Source: Micavibrio sp. (lineage in GTDB: Bacteria > Pseudomonadota > Alphaproteobacteria > Micavibrionales > Micavibrionaceae). From it: a DNA stretch of 64,000 bases. The notes beneath the pieces were generated by a model that ran no database searches, was not told the DNA's origin, and saw only the letters and a program-made list of their open reading frames with translations. Within the stretch, counting starts at the first letter, position 1; every line of letters starts with the position of its first letter. Below, piece by piece: positions 43,266 to 53,605 of this stretch. Location: positions 2,101-66,100 of the forward strand of contig JAQGJB010000100.1 of assembly GCA_028290825.1 (NCBI GenBank). The letters are read 5' to 3'. The translations under genes and the position numbers were made by a program.

Positions 43266-43292
43266 TATATATAATGCACTGCATTATTTATA
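43266..43292. promoter_or_regulatory. Palindromic operator-like site between divergent FUSC and metE genes
   Basis: ATAATGCA-C-TGCATTAT perfect IR (43271-43287) overlapping TATAAT. Confidence 0.5.
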
Positions 43293-43309
43293 GGAAAGAG
43301 GGCTATATT

Positions 43310-45601
43310 ATGGTTTTATCAACAAATCTTGGCTATCCGCGCGTTGGCGCGGACCGCGAACTGAAGAAGGCCGTTGAGGCTTACTGGAAGGGTGCGTCGG
43401 GTCTTGCCGACCTGCAAAAAACTGCTGCCGATCTGCGCATGCGCCACTGGAATCTGCAGAAGAAAGCCGGACTGAACCATATTCCGTCGAATGATTTTTC
43501 CTTCTACGATCATGTGCTGGACATGTCCGCCCTGTTCGGCTGTGTTCCGGCCCGTTATAAATGGGACGGAGCCAAGGTCACACCGGAGCTTTATTTTGCC
43601 ATGGCGCGCGGCAACGCGCAGGTATCCGCGATGGAAATGGTGAAGTGGTTCGATACCAACTATCACTACATGGTGCCTGAATTCGCTCCTGGCCAGACAT
43701 TCAAACTGTCTTCCTCGAAAATTTTTGATGAATACTCAGAAGCCAAGGATGCGGGAATTGAAACCCGCCCTGTTCTGCTCGGGCCGATCAGCTATCTGAT
43801 GCTCGGCAAATATAAGGGAGACGGGGAAACACCGTGGGGCGCGCTGTGGGACGCCATTCTCCCAGTGTACGATGAAATCCTTGGCAAACTTGCGGCGCTT
43901 GGCGCCGAATGGGTTCAAATTGACGAACCTTGCCTCACCACCGCCGACTGGGACGGGGTGGAAAATGTTTATAAGACCACCTACGCGCGTCTGGCCCAGG
44001 CGGCGGGCAGCACCAGGATTTTGTTGGCCACCTATTTCGAAGGGCTGAACCAGAATATGGAGACAACCCTTAACCTTCCGGTTGATGCGATTCACGTTGA
44101 TCTGCGCCGTGCGCCGGGCCAACTGGATAAAGTGCTGGAGACCTTACCGTCGGACAAGATTTTGTCGCTGGGCGTTGTTGATGGCCGTAATATCTGGAAA
44201 AATAATCTGTCGGCTTCGCTGGATGTGATTGAGAAAGCCGTGGCGAAACTCGGCAAGGATCGGGTCTGGGTTGCGCCAAGCTGTTCGATGCTGCACAGCC
44301 CGAACGATCTGGCGCTTGAGGACAAGCTCGACCACCAGATTAAAAGCTGGATGGCCTATGCGACGCAGAAGCTCGACGAACTGGCGACACTTGCCAAGGG
44401 TGCCAATGAAGGCCGCGACGCAATCAAATCTGCGCTTGAGGCCAGCGACAAGGTTGCGCAGGACCGAAAAACATCCCCGCGTATTCATGACGCCGCTGTG
44501 CAAAAGCGCATGGCCGCGATCACACCGGATATGAGCCAGCGCAAATCCTCCTTCGATCTGCGTCAGAAGAAACAGCAAGAGGCCCTCGGCCTGCCGGCTT
44601 ATCCGACAACCTCTATTGGATCGTTCCCGCAGACGGACACCATCCGCAAGGAACGTGCTGCCTACAAAAAAGGCACCCTGCCCGAGGCGGATTACCTGAA
44701 GGCGATGAAGGACGAAATCGCACAGGTCGTTCAGTGGCAGGAAGAAATCGGGGTCGATGTTCTGGTCCATGGCGAACCTGAGCGCAACGACATGGTCGAA
44801 TATTTCGGCGAACAGCTTGCAGGCTTTACCTTCAGCAAAAACGGATGGGTCCAGTCTTACGGCTCACGCTGCGTCAAACCGCCGATCATTTATGGCGATG
44901 TGTCTCGCCCGAAACCGATGACGGTAGAATGGTCGACCTACGCCCAGTCCCTGACTGACAAGCCGATGAAGGGAATGCTGACCGGCCCGATCACAATCCT
45001 GTGCTGGTCTTTCGTCCGTGACGATCAGCCACGGTCCGACACCTGCAAACAGATCGCCCTCGCCATCCGTGACGAGGTCCAGGATCTGGAGAAAGCGGGC
45101 ATTACCATCATCCAGATTGACGAACCCGCGATCCGCGAGGGTCTGCCGCTGCGCCGCCAGGACTGGGACTCCTATCTCGACTGGGCGGTGGAAAGCTTCA
45201 AGATCGGCACCACGGGCGTTGAGGATACAACACAGATCCACACTCATATGTGCTACTCCGAATTCAACGACATCATCGATTCCATTGGCGCCCTCGATGC
45301 CGATGTCATTTCGATCGAGACATCACGTTCGCAGATGAAACTGCTCGATGCGTTTGTGGCTTATAAATATCCGAACGAAATCGGACCCGGCGTCTGGGAT
45401 ATTCACTCCCCGCGTATTCCGTCGCAGGATGAAATGGCGGCGCTGCTGCAGAAGGCGGCGCAGGTTCTCGACCCGTCACAAATCTGGGTCAACCCGGATT
45501 GCGGGCTGAAAACCCGCGGCTGGGCCGAGGTGAAACCAGCGATGCTGCATATGGTTAATGCGGCAAAAGCCATGCGGGAAAAACTGCGCAAGGCTGCCTA
45601 G
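43310..45601 (+). CDS. metE: Cobalamin-independent methionine synthase
   Basis: LGYPRVG..RELK, KWFDTNYHY, HGEPERNDMV, WVQSYGSRCVKPP, HTHMCYSEF, WVNPDCGLKTR. Confidence 0.98.
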   Translation: MVLSTNLGYPRVGADRELKKAVEAYWKGASGLADLQKTAADLRMRHWNLQKKAGLNHIPSNDFSFYDHVLDMSALFGCVPARYKWDGAKVTPELYFAMARGNAQVSAMEMVKWFDTNYHYMVPEFAPGQTFKLSSSKIFDEYSEAKDAGIETRPVLLGPISYLMLGKYKGDGETPWGALWDAILPVYDEILGKLAALGAEWVQIDEPCLTTADWDGVENVYKTTYARLAQAAGSTRILLATYFEGLNQNMETTLNLPVDAIHVDLRRAPGQLDKVLETLPSDKILSLGVVDGRNIWKNNLSASLDVIEKAVAKLGKDRVWVAPSCSMLHSPNDLALEDKLDHQIKSWMAYATQKLDELATLAKGANEGRDAIKSALEASDKVAQDRKTSPRIHDAAVQKRMAAITPDMSQRKSSFDLRQKKQQEALGLPAYPTTSIGSFPQTDTIRKERAAYKKGTLPEADYLKAMKDEIAQVVQWQEEIGVDVLVHGEPERNDMVEYFGEQLAGFTFSKNGWVQSYGSRCVKPPIIYGDVSRPKPMTVEWSTYAQSLTDKPMKGMLTGPITILCWSFVRDDQPRSDTCKQIALAIRDEVQDLEKAGITIIQIDEPAIREGLPLRRQDWDSYLDWAVESFKIGTTGVEDTTQIHTHMCYSEFNDIIDSIGALDADVISIETSRSQMKLLDAFVAYKYPNEIGPGVWDIHSPRIPSQDEMAALLQKAAQVLDPSQIWVNPDCGLKTRGWAEVKPAMLHMVNAAKAMREKLRKAA

Positions 45602-45603
45602 GT

Positions 45604-47265
45604 TTGGCCCTGGACGATCATAGCAAGGACAAAGGCCGGGTTGCGCTTCCTTATGCGCTCCTGGCCTTTGTCATTATGGCGGGTTATTCAAACGCGTGGT
45701 CGGGCGATTTCCTCCTCGATGATGTCTGGGCCGTGGCACAGAACTCATTTCTCAGAAACTGGAGCACCCTGCCCGATGCGGTCAGCACGCTGACCTTCGC
45801 GGGGGCCGGGCAGCCGGGCGGGTTTTACAGGCCGGTGCTCGCGTTTTTCTGGTTTATTGTTTTTCAACTATTCGGCAAGTCCGCTATCGCCTATCACGGG
45901 CTGAATATTCTCATTCATGTCATTAATACGTTTCTGGTCTTCCGGCTGGGGCAGCAGATCGGTTTGCGCCGGTGGGTGGCGTTTTTTGCCACGCTGCTCT
46001 GGGCCGTGCATCCCCTCAATGTGGAGGCTGTAACCTATATCAGTGGCCTTGGCGATGTGCTGCATTCGATGTTTTGCTTGTTGGGCGTTACTATCCTGCT
46101 GGGCGGTGTTTCTTTCCGGCGGGTTCTTGGGACTTGCGTGTTTTACGTGATCGCCCTGGGGTGCAAGGAATCGGCCGTTGTGCTTCCGGCGCTTGCGGTG
46201 ATTTCGCTTTATCTGGTCGGCAAGGACCGCCTGCGGTTTAGCGTCTGCATAAAAACTGCGCCACTCTGGTTTATCTGCACTCTTTATCTTGGAATTCTCT
46301 TTTACATTATTCAGGCCACGGGGTTTATGATACGGGGGCATAGCGACCCTGAATGGATGGCTATTTACGGCGATAACCTGCCCAATCGGATTTATACGGC
46401 GCTCTCCACCGTGCCTGTTTATTTCTCTCTCATGCTCTGGCCGACCGGGCTTCGCCTGAACCGGGTTTATCCATTTTTCGACAGCCTTAACGCGTGGCCG
46501 GTAATGGCGGGAGCCACGATCGTCCTGCTGTCCTTCGCCCAGATCGTGTGGGGCCGGGGGAAACGCGGGGCCGGCCTTAGCTGGGGATTGTTGTGGTTTG
46601 CGATTGCCTATTCACCGAATGCTGGCGTGGTGTTCCCAACCGATGCCCTTATTTTCGAGCACTGGATGTACATGCCGATGGCGGGTCTTGTGCTGGGGCT
46701 TGCCTCCTGCCTGCCGCAGAGGCCACGCAGGGTGGAGATTATACTGGCCGGACTGGCTCTTTTGATAGTCGCCGCATTGTCCTGGCGTTCGCATGACCAG
46801 AATAAAGTCTGGCAAAATACCGGCACATTGATCGAAAGCGCCCTGCCCTATAGCGAGCACAACGAAATGGCCCGCAACAGCCTGGCGGTCTATTATATAG
46901 GACAGGGTGAATTCGATAAGGCCATAGAACAATACAGGATTGTCCTCACCCATCCTGACATGCTGCCACCTGCGATGATTCCTGCGGTCCATATAAGCAT
47001 GGCGTTTGCGTATCTGGGCATACGGTTTAATCACGACGACAATCTGAGTGTTGCCGAGCGTATCCAGAGCCAATACGCCACAATCCGCCAGGGCATTCCG
47101 AACGCCCCGCATATTCCGGAGGCAATCAGGGAACTTGAAACAACACTAGACCTGAACCCCGGAGATTATTGGTCCAAGGTTGCGCTGGTCATGATTTACC
47201 AGCATCAGGGGAATGAGGAAAAAGCGGCGTATTACGACCGCCTGATCCGGCAGGTCAATCCGTAA
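45604..47265 (+). CDS. TMTC-like multi-pass GT-C glycosyltransferase with C-terminal TPR
   Basis: FLLDD, FYRPV, HPLNVEAVTYISG, KE, EHWMYMP, TPR helices. Confidence 0.8.
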   Translation: MALDDHSKDKGRVALPYALLAFVIMAGYSNAWSGDFLLDDVWAVAQNSFLRNWSTLPDAVSTLTFAGAGQPGGFYRPVLAFFWFIVFQLFGKSAIAYHGLNILIHVINTFLVFRLGQQIGLRRWVAFFATLLWAVHPLNVEAVTYISGLGDVLHSMFCLLGVTILLGGVSFRRVLGTCVFYVIALGCKESAVVLPALAVISLYLVGKDRLRFSVCIKTAPLWFICTLYLGILFYIIQATGFMIRGHSDPEWMAIYGDNLPNRIYTALSTVPVYFSLMLWPTGLRLNRVYPFFDSLNAWPVMAGATIVLLSFAQIVWGRGKRGAGLSWGLLWFAIAYSPNAGVVFPTDALIFEHWMYMPMAGLVLGLASCLPQRPRRVEIILAGLALLIVAALSWRSHDQNKVWQNTGTLIESALPYSEHNEMARNSLAVYYIGQGEFDKAIEQYRIVLTHPDMLPPAMIPAVHISMAFAYLGIRFNHDDNLSVAERIQSQYATIRQGIPNAPHIPEAIRELETTLDLNPGDYWSKVALVMIYQHQGNEEKAAYYDRLIRQVNP

Positions 47266-47268
47266 TAC

Positions 47269-47302
47269 TCCGTCATTGCGAGGATAGCACAGCAATGACG
47301 GA
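47269..47302. repeat. TCCGTCATTGC...GCAATGACGGA palindromic element
   Basis: Perfect 11-bp IR between convergent genes. Confidence 0.75.
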
Positions 47303-47307
47303 TTAAC

Positions 47308-48594
47308 TCACTCCTGCTCAGCATCTTCCTTTTTGGGCGGCGTCACGCGGACCAATGTGATCTGGTTGCGCTGCCGGCGGACAATGTCGAAACGGAAGCC
47401 GTGGAAGTTAAAGACCTGTCCGGCTTCGGGGATTTTTTCGGCCTCATAGAGGATCAAGCCTGCGAGTGTTGCATAGTTTTCATCGGGAAAGTCCCATTCG
47501 AATTCACGGTTAAGATCGCGGATGGTGACTGTGCCGTCGATCATGTAGCTGCCGTTCGGCTGCTTCCTGACGCCGGCGACGGCGACATCGTGTTCATCGT
47601 CAATGTCGCCGACGATTTCCTCGAGAATATCCTCGAGCGTCACGACGCCCATCAGGGAGCCGTATTCATCCACAACCAGCGCGAAATGTTCACGGCGCTC
47701 GCGGAAGGCCTGGAGCTGGTCGAACAGGGAGGTGCTGTCAGGAATAAACCACGGCTCCAGCGCCAGCTTTTCAACATTGACGTTTTCCGCCCTGCCCCCC
47801 GTCCCCTGCAATTCGCGCAGCAGCGCTTTGGCGTGGATGACGCCTATAATGTTATCAGGGGAATCCTTGTAAACGGGGATGCGCGTATATTGGCTGTCCA
47901 GGACTTCCTGCACGATATCGTTGACCGGCTGGTTCAGGTCGATGGTCTTCATCATCTGACGGTGCGTCATGATTTCGCTGACCCAGACATCATCGAGATC
48001 GAGAATGGAGTGGAGCATAGCGCGCTGCTCCTGCGTCTCTTCCTCCAGACCCTGGTGAAGTTCGATGGCGCCGCGCAATTCCTCGATATTGTTACCCACG
48101 GAAACACGGTCAATTCCTGCGCCGAAGAGGTTGAGGATAAATTTCACAATCGCCTCAATCACCACCAGGAACGGTGCGAACACAGTAATGGTCAGCCTGA
48201 CCATCGGGGCTACCGCCGTGGACATTTTATCGGCATTATAAAGTGCATAGGTTTTCGGCATCACCTCGGCAAAAATCACAATCAATGCTGTCATGATGGC
48301 CGTGGCGTAGAAAACCCCGCCTTCGCTGAACAACTTAATCATGACGGAGGTAGCAAGCGAAGAGGCCAGAATGTTGACAGTGCTGTTTCCCATCAGCAAA
48401 GCGCCGATCATACGCTCCCCCTGATGCCGGATGTCGATGACCTGCTGCGCCCGCTTGTCGCCTTTCTGGGCCAGCCCGTGAAGACGTGCGCGGGAGGCCG
48501 CCGTCATCGCCGTTTCCGAACCGGCAAAAAAGGCTGACATTATAATAAGAACGACAATGGCGAAAATTTCACCGGTTACTGCAAAATTATTCAC
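47308..48594 (-). CDS. HlyC/CorC (CNNM-CBS-CorC) family transporter
   Basis: SAFFAGSETA, EVMPK, CBS pair, VVDEYG, LEDILEEIVGDI.DE.D. Confidence 0.95.
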   Translation of the reverse strand: MNNFAVTGEIFAIVVLIIMSAFFAGSETAMTAASRARLHGLAQKGDKRAQQVIDIRHQGERMIGALLMGNSTVNILASSLATSVMIKLFSEGGVFYATAIMTALIVIFAEVMPKTYALYNADKMSTAVAPMVRLTITVFAPFLVVIEAIVKFILNLFGAGIDRVSVGNNIEELRGAIELHQGLEEETQEQRAMLHSILDLDDVWVSEIMTHRQMMKTIDLNQPVNDIVQEVLDSQYTRIPVYKDSPDNIIGVIHAKALLRELQGTGGRAENVNVEKLALEPWFIPDSTSLFDQLQAFRERREHFALVVDEYGSLMGVVTLEDILEEIVGDIDDEHDVAVAGVRKQPNGSYMIDGTVTIRDLNREFEWDFPDENYATLAGLILYEAEKIPEAGQVFNFHGFRFDIVRRQRNQITLVRVTPPKKEDAEQE

Positions 48595-48595
48595 T

Positions 48596-49705
48596 TTATT
48601 CCCCCTGTATTGATTGGTTCAGCACGGCCAGAACATCGCTTTCCGCCACACGGCGCTGCACGAAGGCATCGCCTATTTTATTGAGCAGCACAAAATTCAG
48701 CCCGCCAGTTTCAGCTTTCTTGTCGCCATACATTGATTTGACCAGCGCAGCCGGATCATAACTGGCGGTACCGGCGATATCCCTGATGGTTGTGGGCAGA
48801 CCGGCTGATTTCAGATGGGTCCGCAGGCGGTCCAGCGTTCCGGCATCACAAAATCCAAGCCGCAGGGACAATTGCGCGGCGAGGACACAACCGACCGCAA
48901 CGGCTTCGCCGTGCAGCAGAACACCGGAATAACCGGCAGCGTTTTCCAGCGCGTGACCGAAAGTATGGCCCAGGTTCAAAAGCGCACGGCGTCCGGCTTC
49001 CTTTTCATCCTGAGCGACGATGGTAGCCTTGATGCTGCAATTGGTTTCAACGAATTGCGCGAGGGCGGACGGGTCGAGTGCGAGAACCTTCTCACCATTT
49101 TCCTCAAGCCAGCCAAAGAAGGCAGCATCGCCAAGAGCGCCATGTTTAACAGCCTCGGCATAACCTGCGCGCATTTCACGGGCAGGCAGCGTTTTCAGCG
49201 CGTCACTGTCGGCAATGACGCTGACCGGCTGGTGAAATGCGCCGACAAGATTTTTGCCGTGGCGCGTATCAATTCCGCTTTTTCCGCCCACCGAAGAATC
49301 CACCATGGCGAGCAAGGTCGTCGGCACCTGAACGAAGTCTATACCGCGCAGAACGCTTGCGGCGCTGAACCCGCCGAGGTCGCCGACCACGCCGCCGCCC
49401 ACCGCGAACAGGATCGATTGGCGCGTTACCTGGTGATCCAGCATCCACTCGACAACGTTTTCAAACCATTTAAAGGATTTGGTTTCCTCACCCGGCGGCA
49501 CATGCATGACATGAACGGCGGAAGCAGTTTGTTCCAGCACGGCCTTCAGGGTTTCTCCGTAAACTTTGGTATTTTCATCGGTCAGAATAAAAGCCAGCCG
49601 TCCCTGCAGCGGCGGAACAAGCCCCTGCGCCTTCGGCAAAAGCCCGGCCCCAATATGAACCTGGTAAGAACGGTCGCCAAGGGCGACATCAACGGATTTT
49701 TTCAT
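48596..49705 (-). CDS. aroB: 3-dehydroquinate synthase
   Basis: GEETK, GGGVVGDLGGF, PTTLLAMVDSSVGGK, LLNLGHTFGHA, HGEAV. Confidence 0.97.
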   Translation of the reverse strand: MKKSVDVALGDRSYQVHIGAGLLPKAQGLVPPLQGRLAFILTDENTKVYGETLKAVLEQTASAVHVMHVPPGEETKSFKWFENVVEWMLDHQVTRQSILFAVGGGVVGDLGGFSAASVLRGIDFVQVPTTLLAMVDSSVGGKSGIDTRHGKNLVGAFHQPVSVIADSDALKTLPAREMRAGYAEAVKHGALGDAAFFGWLEENGEKVLALDPSALAQFVETNCSIKATIVAQDEKEAGRRALLNLGHTFGHALENAAGYSGVLLHGEAVAVGCVLAAQLSLRLGFCDAGTLDRLRTHLKSAGLPTTIRDIAGTASYDPAALVKSMYGDKKAETGGLNFVLLNKIGDAFVQRRVAESDVLAVLNQSIQGE

Positions 49706-49789
49706 GGTTGGTAGAGTACCTTTAAAACGACAGGATTCATATTCCCCTCCCCGTTATAACCGCTGGGCCTGAATGGCAAAAAAAGCGGG

Positions 49790-50344
49790 TCAAAGGGAGT
49801 TCAGTTTCTGCAAAATAGCATCCAGCGTAATTCCGGAATCGCCATGGTCGGTATCGATCGCGAAGGTTGCCCTTTCATAGATGGGGTAGCGCCTTTCGGC
49901 CATCTCCCGCAGGACTTTGGCCTGGTCGACGTTTTTCAGAAGCGGGCGGTCGGTCCGCCGCGAAGTGCGTTCAATGATGGTTTCCACCGAGGCGCGCAGC
50001 CAGATGGAGATTGTTTTCCCAAATATAAGATCTGCGCTTTCCGGACGGAGGATGGCACCGCCGCCGGTTGACACCACACGCGCCCCCGGCTGGCCGGACA
50101 GGTCATGGGCGATCATGCGGGCTTCACGGTCGCGAAAGCCCTGTTCGCCTTCGGCTTCAAAAATCCCGGCAATCGTCCTGTCCGCTTCTTCTTCAATCCG
50201 TTTATCGGTGTCGAAGAAGGGTAATTTCAGGGTTTTCGATAGCTCACGGCCCAGACGGCTTTTCCCGGCGGCCATCATTCCGACCAGGACAATGGGACGG
50301 TCGATTTTCTGTCTTACTATATTAATGTCTGGCGGCGTGCTCAT
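49790..50344 (-). CDS. aroK: Shikimate kinase
   Basis: LVGMMAAGKS, FFDTD, GEQGFRDRE, STGGGA, RPLL, RYPIY. Confidence 0.96.
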   Translation of the reverse strand: MSTPPDINIVRQKIDRPIVLVGMMAAGKSRLGRELSKTLKLPFFDTDKRIEEEADRTIAGIFEAEGEQGFRDREARMIAHDLSGQPGARVVSTGGGAILRPESADLIFGKTISIWLRASVETIIERTSRRTDRPLLKNVDQAKVLREMAERRYPIYERATFAIDTDHGDSGITLDAILQKLNSL

Positions 50345-50458
50345 ACGGATTTATGACATAAAAACAGGGGATTGAACATTGGCCGGACATTGAAATCCAT
50401 GCTTTCTCTGCTACATTTCCCTGAATTCCGGACTTATCCAACCAGACAAGGTTTTTCG

Positions 50459-50602
50459 ATGAAATCACTATTTACAAAATGGCTCCCGCTTCTCCTTCTG
50501 CTTATGGTTCTGGGCGGGTTCGGTTACCTGGCGATGATGGATGTCCCGGTTCAGCAAAGTAATGTTGAAAAGACCATTCCCAATTCCCGTTTCTTTCAGT
50601 AG
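50459..50602 (+). CDS. Small membrane protein
   Basis: Single TM followed by VEKTIPNSRF; typical small gene divergent from aroK. Confidence 0.7.
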   Translation: MKSLFTKWLPLLLLLMVLGGFGYLAMMDVPVQQSNVEKTIPNSRFFQ

Positions 50603-50611
50603 TCCGCGCCG

Positions 50612-52498
50612 ATGAACAGCCTTCTGCGCTTTGCCCTTCTGCTGTCGATCACGACATGCGCCACCTTTGCCTACGCGGCGGAAGACCGCATGACCGGCCG
50701 CCAGCCGGGCGCCCCGCTCTCCGCCATTGATGAAAAGGTCAAAGCCCAGGAAGAGTCCGGAAAGATCGAGGACCCGAAACCGGAAGTGCAGAAGAAGGAT
50801 CCGCGCGGCGATGTCAATAACATCCAGCCCAAATTCCGCCCGCCCGCCGTCAACACGCCGCAGCCGAAAACCGGCACCACGATGGACCAGAAATCTCTGG
50901 AGAGCCTGGGGCCGCTGACCAATCCGCTGAAGGGTGGCCTGGGGGATGATATGTGGACCGGCACCTCGCGTTCACTGGTTCAGGATTTCCTGCCCCGGCT
51001 TCCGGTCGGCAATACGCTGCCCATGGTTCAGTGGCTGACGCGCCGGGTGCTGTTGTCGAACGGCGACACATCGAGCCTGCGCGGCGACAAATCGGTTTCC
51101 GGCGGTGATGACATCTTTACCCTGCGCCTTGAAAAGCTATTGGAAATGGGGGCGTATAGCGACGCCGTCGACCTCTATACATTAATTGAAGGCGAACCGT
51201 CGCATGACCGCTTGGCGCGCGCCGGCGTTATTGCACTGCTGTCACGCGGCCTTCCGGCGCAGGCCTGTCTTGAGGCCGCCGCCGCACACCGCGGCAAGGC
51301 CGAAACACCTGATTCCGATTCCTTCTGGACACAGATCGATGCGGCTTGCCTTTATATACAAAGCGAGTCCGTCCGGAAGCTGAAGGACAGCGCCGCCGCG
51401 TTCGCGTCGCCTGTTGCCAGCGTGCCGGGCAGCAAGGTGCTCACCACTCTCGTTAACCGTCCGGAATACCGCTACAGCATTTCATCCCCTGCCGACCTTG
51501 AGGAACTGAGCGTTATCGAACGCGCCGTGCTGCGTGGCATAGGACGGTTTGATTACTCGCGTCTCGGCCTGCGCAACCTGGCGGAGATTTCCGGTCCCGC
51601 GCTGATGATCATGGCCGGTGATCCGAATGTCCCGGCCGGGCTGCGCCTCAGGCTCAATTATGAAGCGGCAGAACGCGGGCTGCTTGATGATGAAGGGCTT
51701 GGCGCGGTCTATGAAGAGATTGCGAAGCAGAACCAGCCGACCGTTGTCGCGGCCAATGCCGAACCTTCCAACTCGATTGAAGGGCGTTATATCGCCGCGC
51801 TAAAACCGGATGCCGAGGGGGCGGAGCGCAACAGCATCGTTGCCGCACAACTTGAGAATTTACAAGGTGAGCAGACAACCGCGCTGCTGCCGTTTGCGAA
51901 CTGGGTGCCGTCCGTCAATCCTGCCAATCTTTCCGCGCACGCGGTCAGGAATGGTTTGAAAGTTATGTTGCAGAATGGAATGACGCCACCAGCGCGCTGG
52001 GTTAATGCCTGGCTTAAAGGGCAAAGCGGCGATTCGGTCCGAAGCGGTGAGAATTTCACTTTATATCTGGCAAACCTCGTTCCGGAAAATTTACCCACAG
52101 AATCAATACCTTTTCCGGAAGACAGCCTTAAGCGACTCTTCGCGTCCTCCAAACCCGCAGAAAATATAGAAATATATAGTGTTTTTGCTGGACTTGGGCG
52201 CCTCGATGCATTACATAACACTGCAGATCAGGCAATTTATGAAAAACATATTGACTTGACATTAGAAAACGATTATGTAATGCCTATTGACAGCTTGGTG
52301 GACAAGCTTCGTGAAGCGGCCAAAAATGATCGCCTCGGGGAGACTGTCCTTCTCGCTGCAGTGGCCCTGAAGGAATACGATCCGGCCAAGACCCATCCGG
52401 GCGTTCTTCAGGAAGTGCTGAAAAGTCTTGAAACAGTGGGGTTAAAAGAAGAGGCAAGGGCCGTGGCTGTTGAAGTCATCCTGAGCTTGAAACAATAA
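50612..52498 (+). CDS. Secreted conserved hypothetical protein upstream of xerD
   Basis: Signal peptide; GGLG.DMW.GTSR, RLEKLLEMG, AAKNDRLGETVL, L..VGL..EARAVAVE. Confidence 0.85.
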   Translation: MNSLLRFALLLSITTCATFAYAAEDRMTGRQPGAPLSAIDEKVKAQEESGKIEDPKPEVQKKDPRGDVNNIQPKFRPPAVNTPQPKTGTTMDQKSLESLGPLTNPLKGGLGDDMWTGTSRSLVQDFLPRLPVGNTLPMVQWLTRRVLLSNGDTSSLRGDKSVSGGDDIFTLRLEKLLEMGAYSDAVDLYTLIEGEPSHDRLARAGVIALLSRGLPAQACLEAAAAHRGKAETPDSDSFWTQIDAACLYIQSESVRKLKDSAAAFASPVASVPGSKVLTTLVNRPEYRYSISSPADLEELSVIERAVLRGIGRFDYSRLGLRNLAEISGPALMIMAGDPNVPAGLRLRLNYEAAERGLLDDEGLGAVYEEIAKQNQPTVVAANAEPSNSIEGRYIAALKPDAEGAERNSIVAAQLENLQGEQTTALLPFANWVPSVNPANLSAHAVRNGLKVMLQNGMTPPARWVNAWLKGQSGDSVRSGENFTLYLANLVPENLPTESIPFPEDSLKRLFASSKPAENIEIYSVFAGLGRLDALHNTADQAIYEKHIDLTLENDYVMPIDSLVDKLREAAKNDRLGETVLLAAVALKEYDPAKTHPGVLQEVLKSLETVGLKEEARAVAVEVILSLKQ

Positions 52499-52511
52499 AG
52501 GAGAATCTACC

Positions 52512-53504
52512 ATGGCTCGCCCTGGACGTCCGGCAATGCCGAAACCTAAACTTCATCCGCTCGTGGACTCGTTCCTCGATATGCTCATGGCCGAGCGCGG
52601 AGCAGCAATGAACACCCGTCAGGCTTACTGGCGCGATCTGGCTGATTTCAGCCTGTATCTGCGCGATAAAGCCAAAAAGGAAATCGTTGACTCCTCCCAG
52701 GATGAGATCAAATCCTATTTGAAAGACCTGGGTGAGAAAATTCACACCAAGGGTCAGAACAAGAACCAGATCGCGACACGCACGGTAGCCCGTCGTCTCT
52801 CCGCTCTGCGTCAGTTCTATCGCTACCTGGTGTCCGAGAACGTTCGCAAGGACGACCCGACCTCCGCGATTGAAAGCCCGAAACAGGCCCGTACACTGCC
52901 GAAGACTTTGTCCGAGTCCGAAGTCAGCATCCTGATCAAAACCGCAGCCGGTTCAGGTGGTTCGGATTCAATCCGTCTCGTCTGCCTGCTTGAAATGCTG
53001 TATGCCACAGGCCTGCGCGTTTCCGAACTGGTTGGTCTGCCGCTGTCTGCCATTTCAGATGACAAGCAGTTCCTGATGGTCGCCGGTAAAGGCGGTCGTG
53101 AGCGTATGGTTCCCCTGTCCGAGCCAGCACAAAAAGCGCTGGCAAAGTACAGCGACCTGCGTCAGCAGTTCGTCAGCACCGAAGACAAAGGCGCTCAAGG
53201 CCAATGGCTGTTCCCTTCCCGTACATCGGAAAGCGGTCACCTGACCCGTCAGCGTTTTGCCCAGCTGCTGAAAGATCTGGCCGATAACGCCGGTATCGAA
53301 TCAACCCGCGTCAGCCCGCACATTCTGCGTCACGCTTTCGCTACTCACCTGCTCAGCAACGGTGCTGATCTGCGTTCGGTTCAAAAAATGCTCGGCCATG
53401 CCGACATTGCGACCACGCAAATCTACACCCACATTGTTGGTGACAAGGCTAAGAAAACAGTTGAGGAAAAGCATCCTCTCGCGAAAAAGGCCGTTGGCGC
53501 GTAA
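52512..53504 (+). CDS. xerD: Tyrosine recombinase XerD
   Basis: LYATGLRVSEL, GKGGRER, SPHILRHAFATH, LGHADIATTQIYTH; next to accA. Confidence 0.93.
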   Translation: MARPGRPAMPKPKLHPLVDSFLDMLMAERGAAMNTRQAYWRDLADFSLYLRDKAKKEIVDSSQDEIKSYLKDLGEKIHTKGQNKNQIATRTVARRLSALRQFYRYLVSENVRKDDPTSAIESPKQARTLPKTLSESEVSILIKTAAGSGGSDSIRLVCLLEMLYATGLRVSELVGLPLSAISDDKQFLMVAGKGGRERMVPLSEPAQKALAKYSDLRQQFVSTEDKGAQGQWLFPSRTSESGHLTRQRFAQLLKDLADNAGIESTRVSPHILRHAFATHLLSNGADLRSVQKMLGHADIATTQIYTHIVGDKAKKTVEEKHPLAKKAVGA

Positions 53505-53605
53505 GCTAACTCTTTGAATAATTGAAATTAAATAAGGCAGACATTGTATATGTCTGCCTTATTTGCTATGAATAGCCTCCGTTTCAAACAACAGATTGTG
53601 ACTCC

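Noticed and set aside
52512-53504. Tyrosine recombinase as a phage or island integrase
   Set aside because: Sequence and the aroK-hypothetical-xerD-accA context match housekeeping XerD; no att sites or cargo seen.
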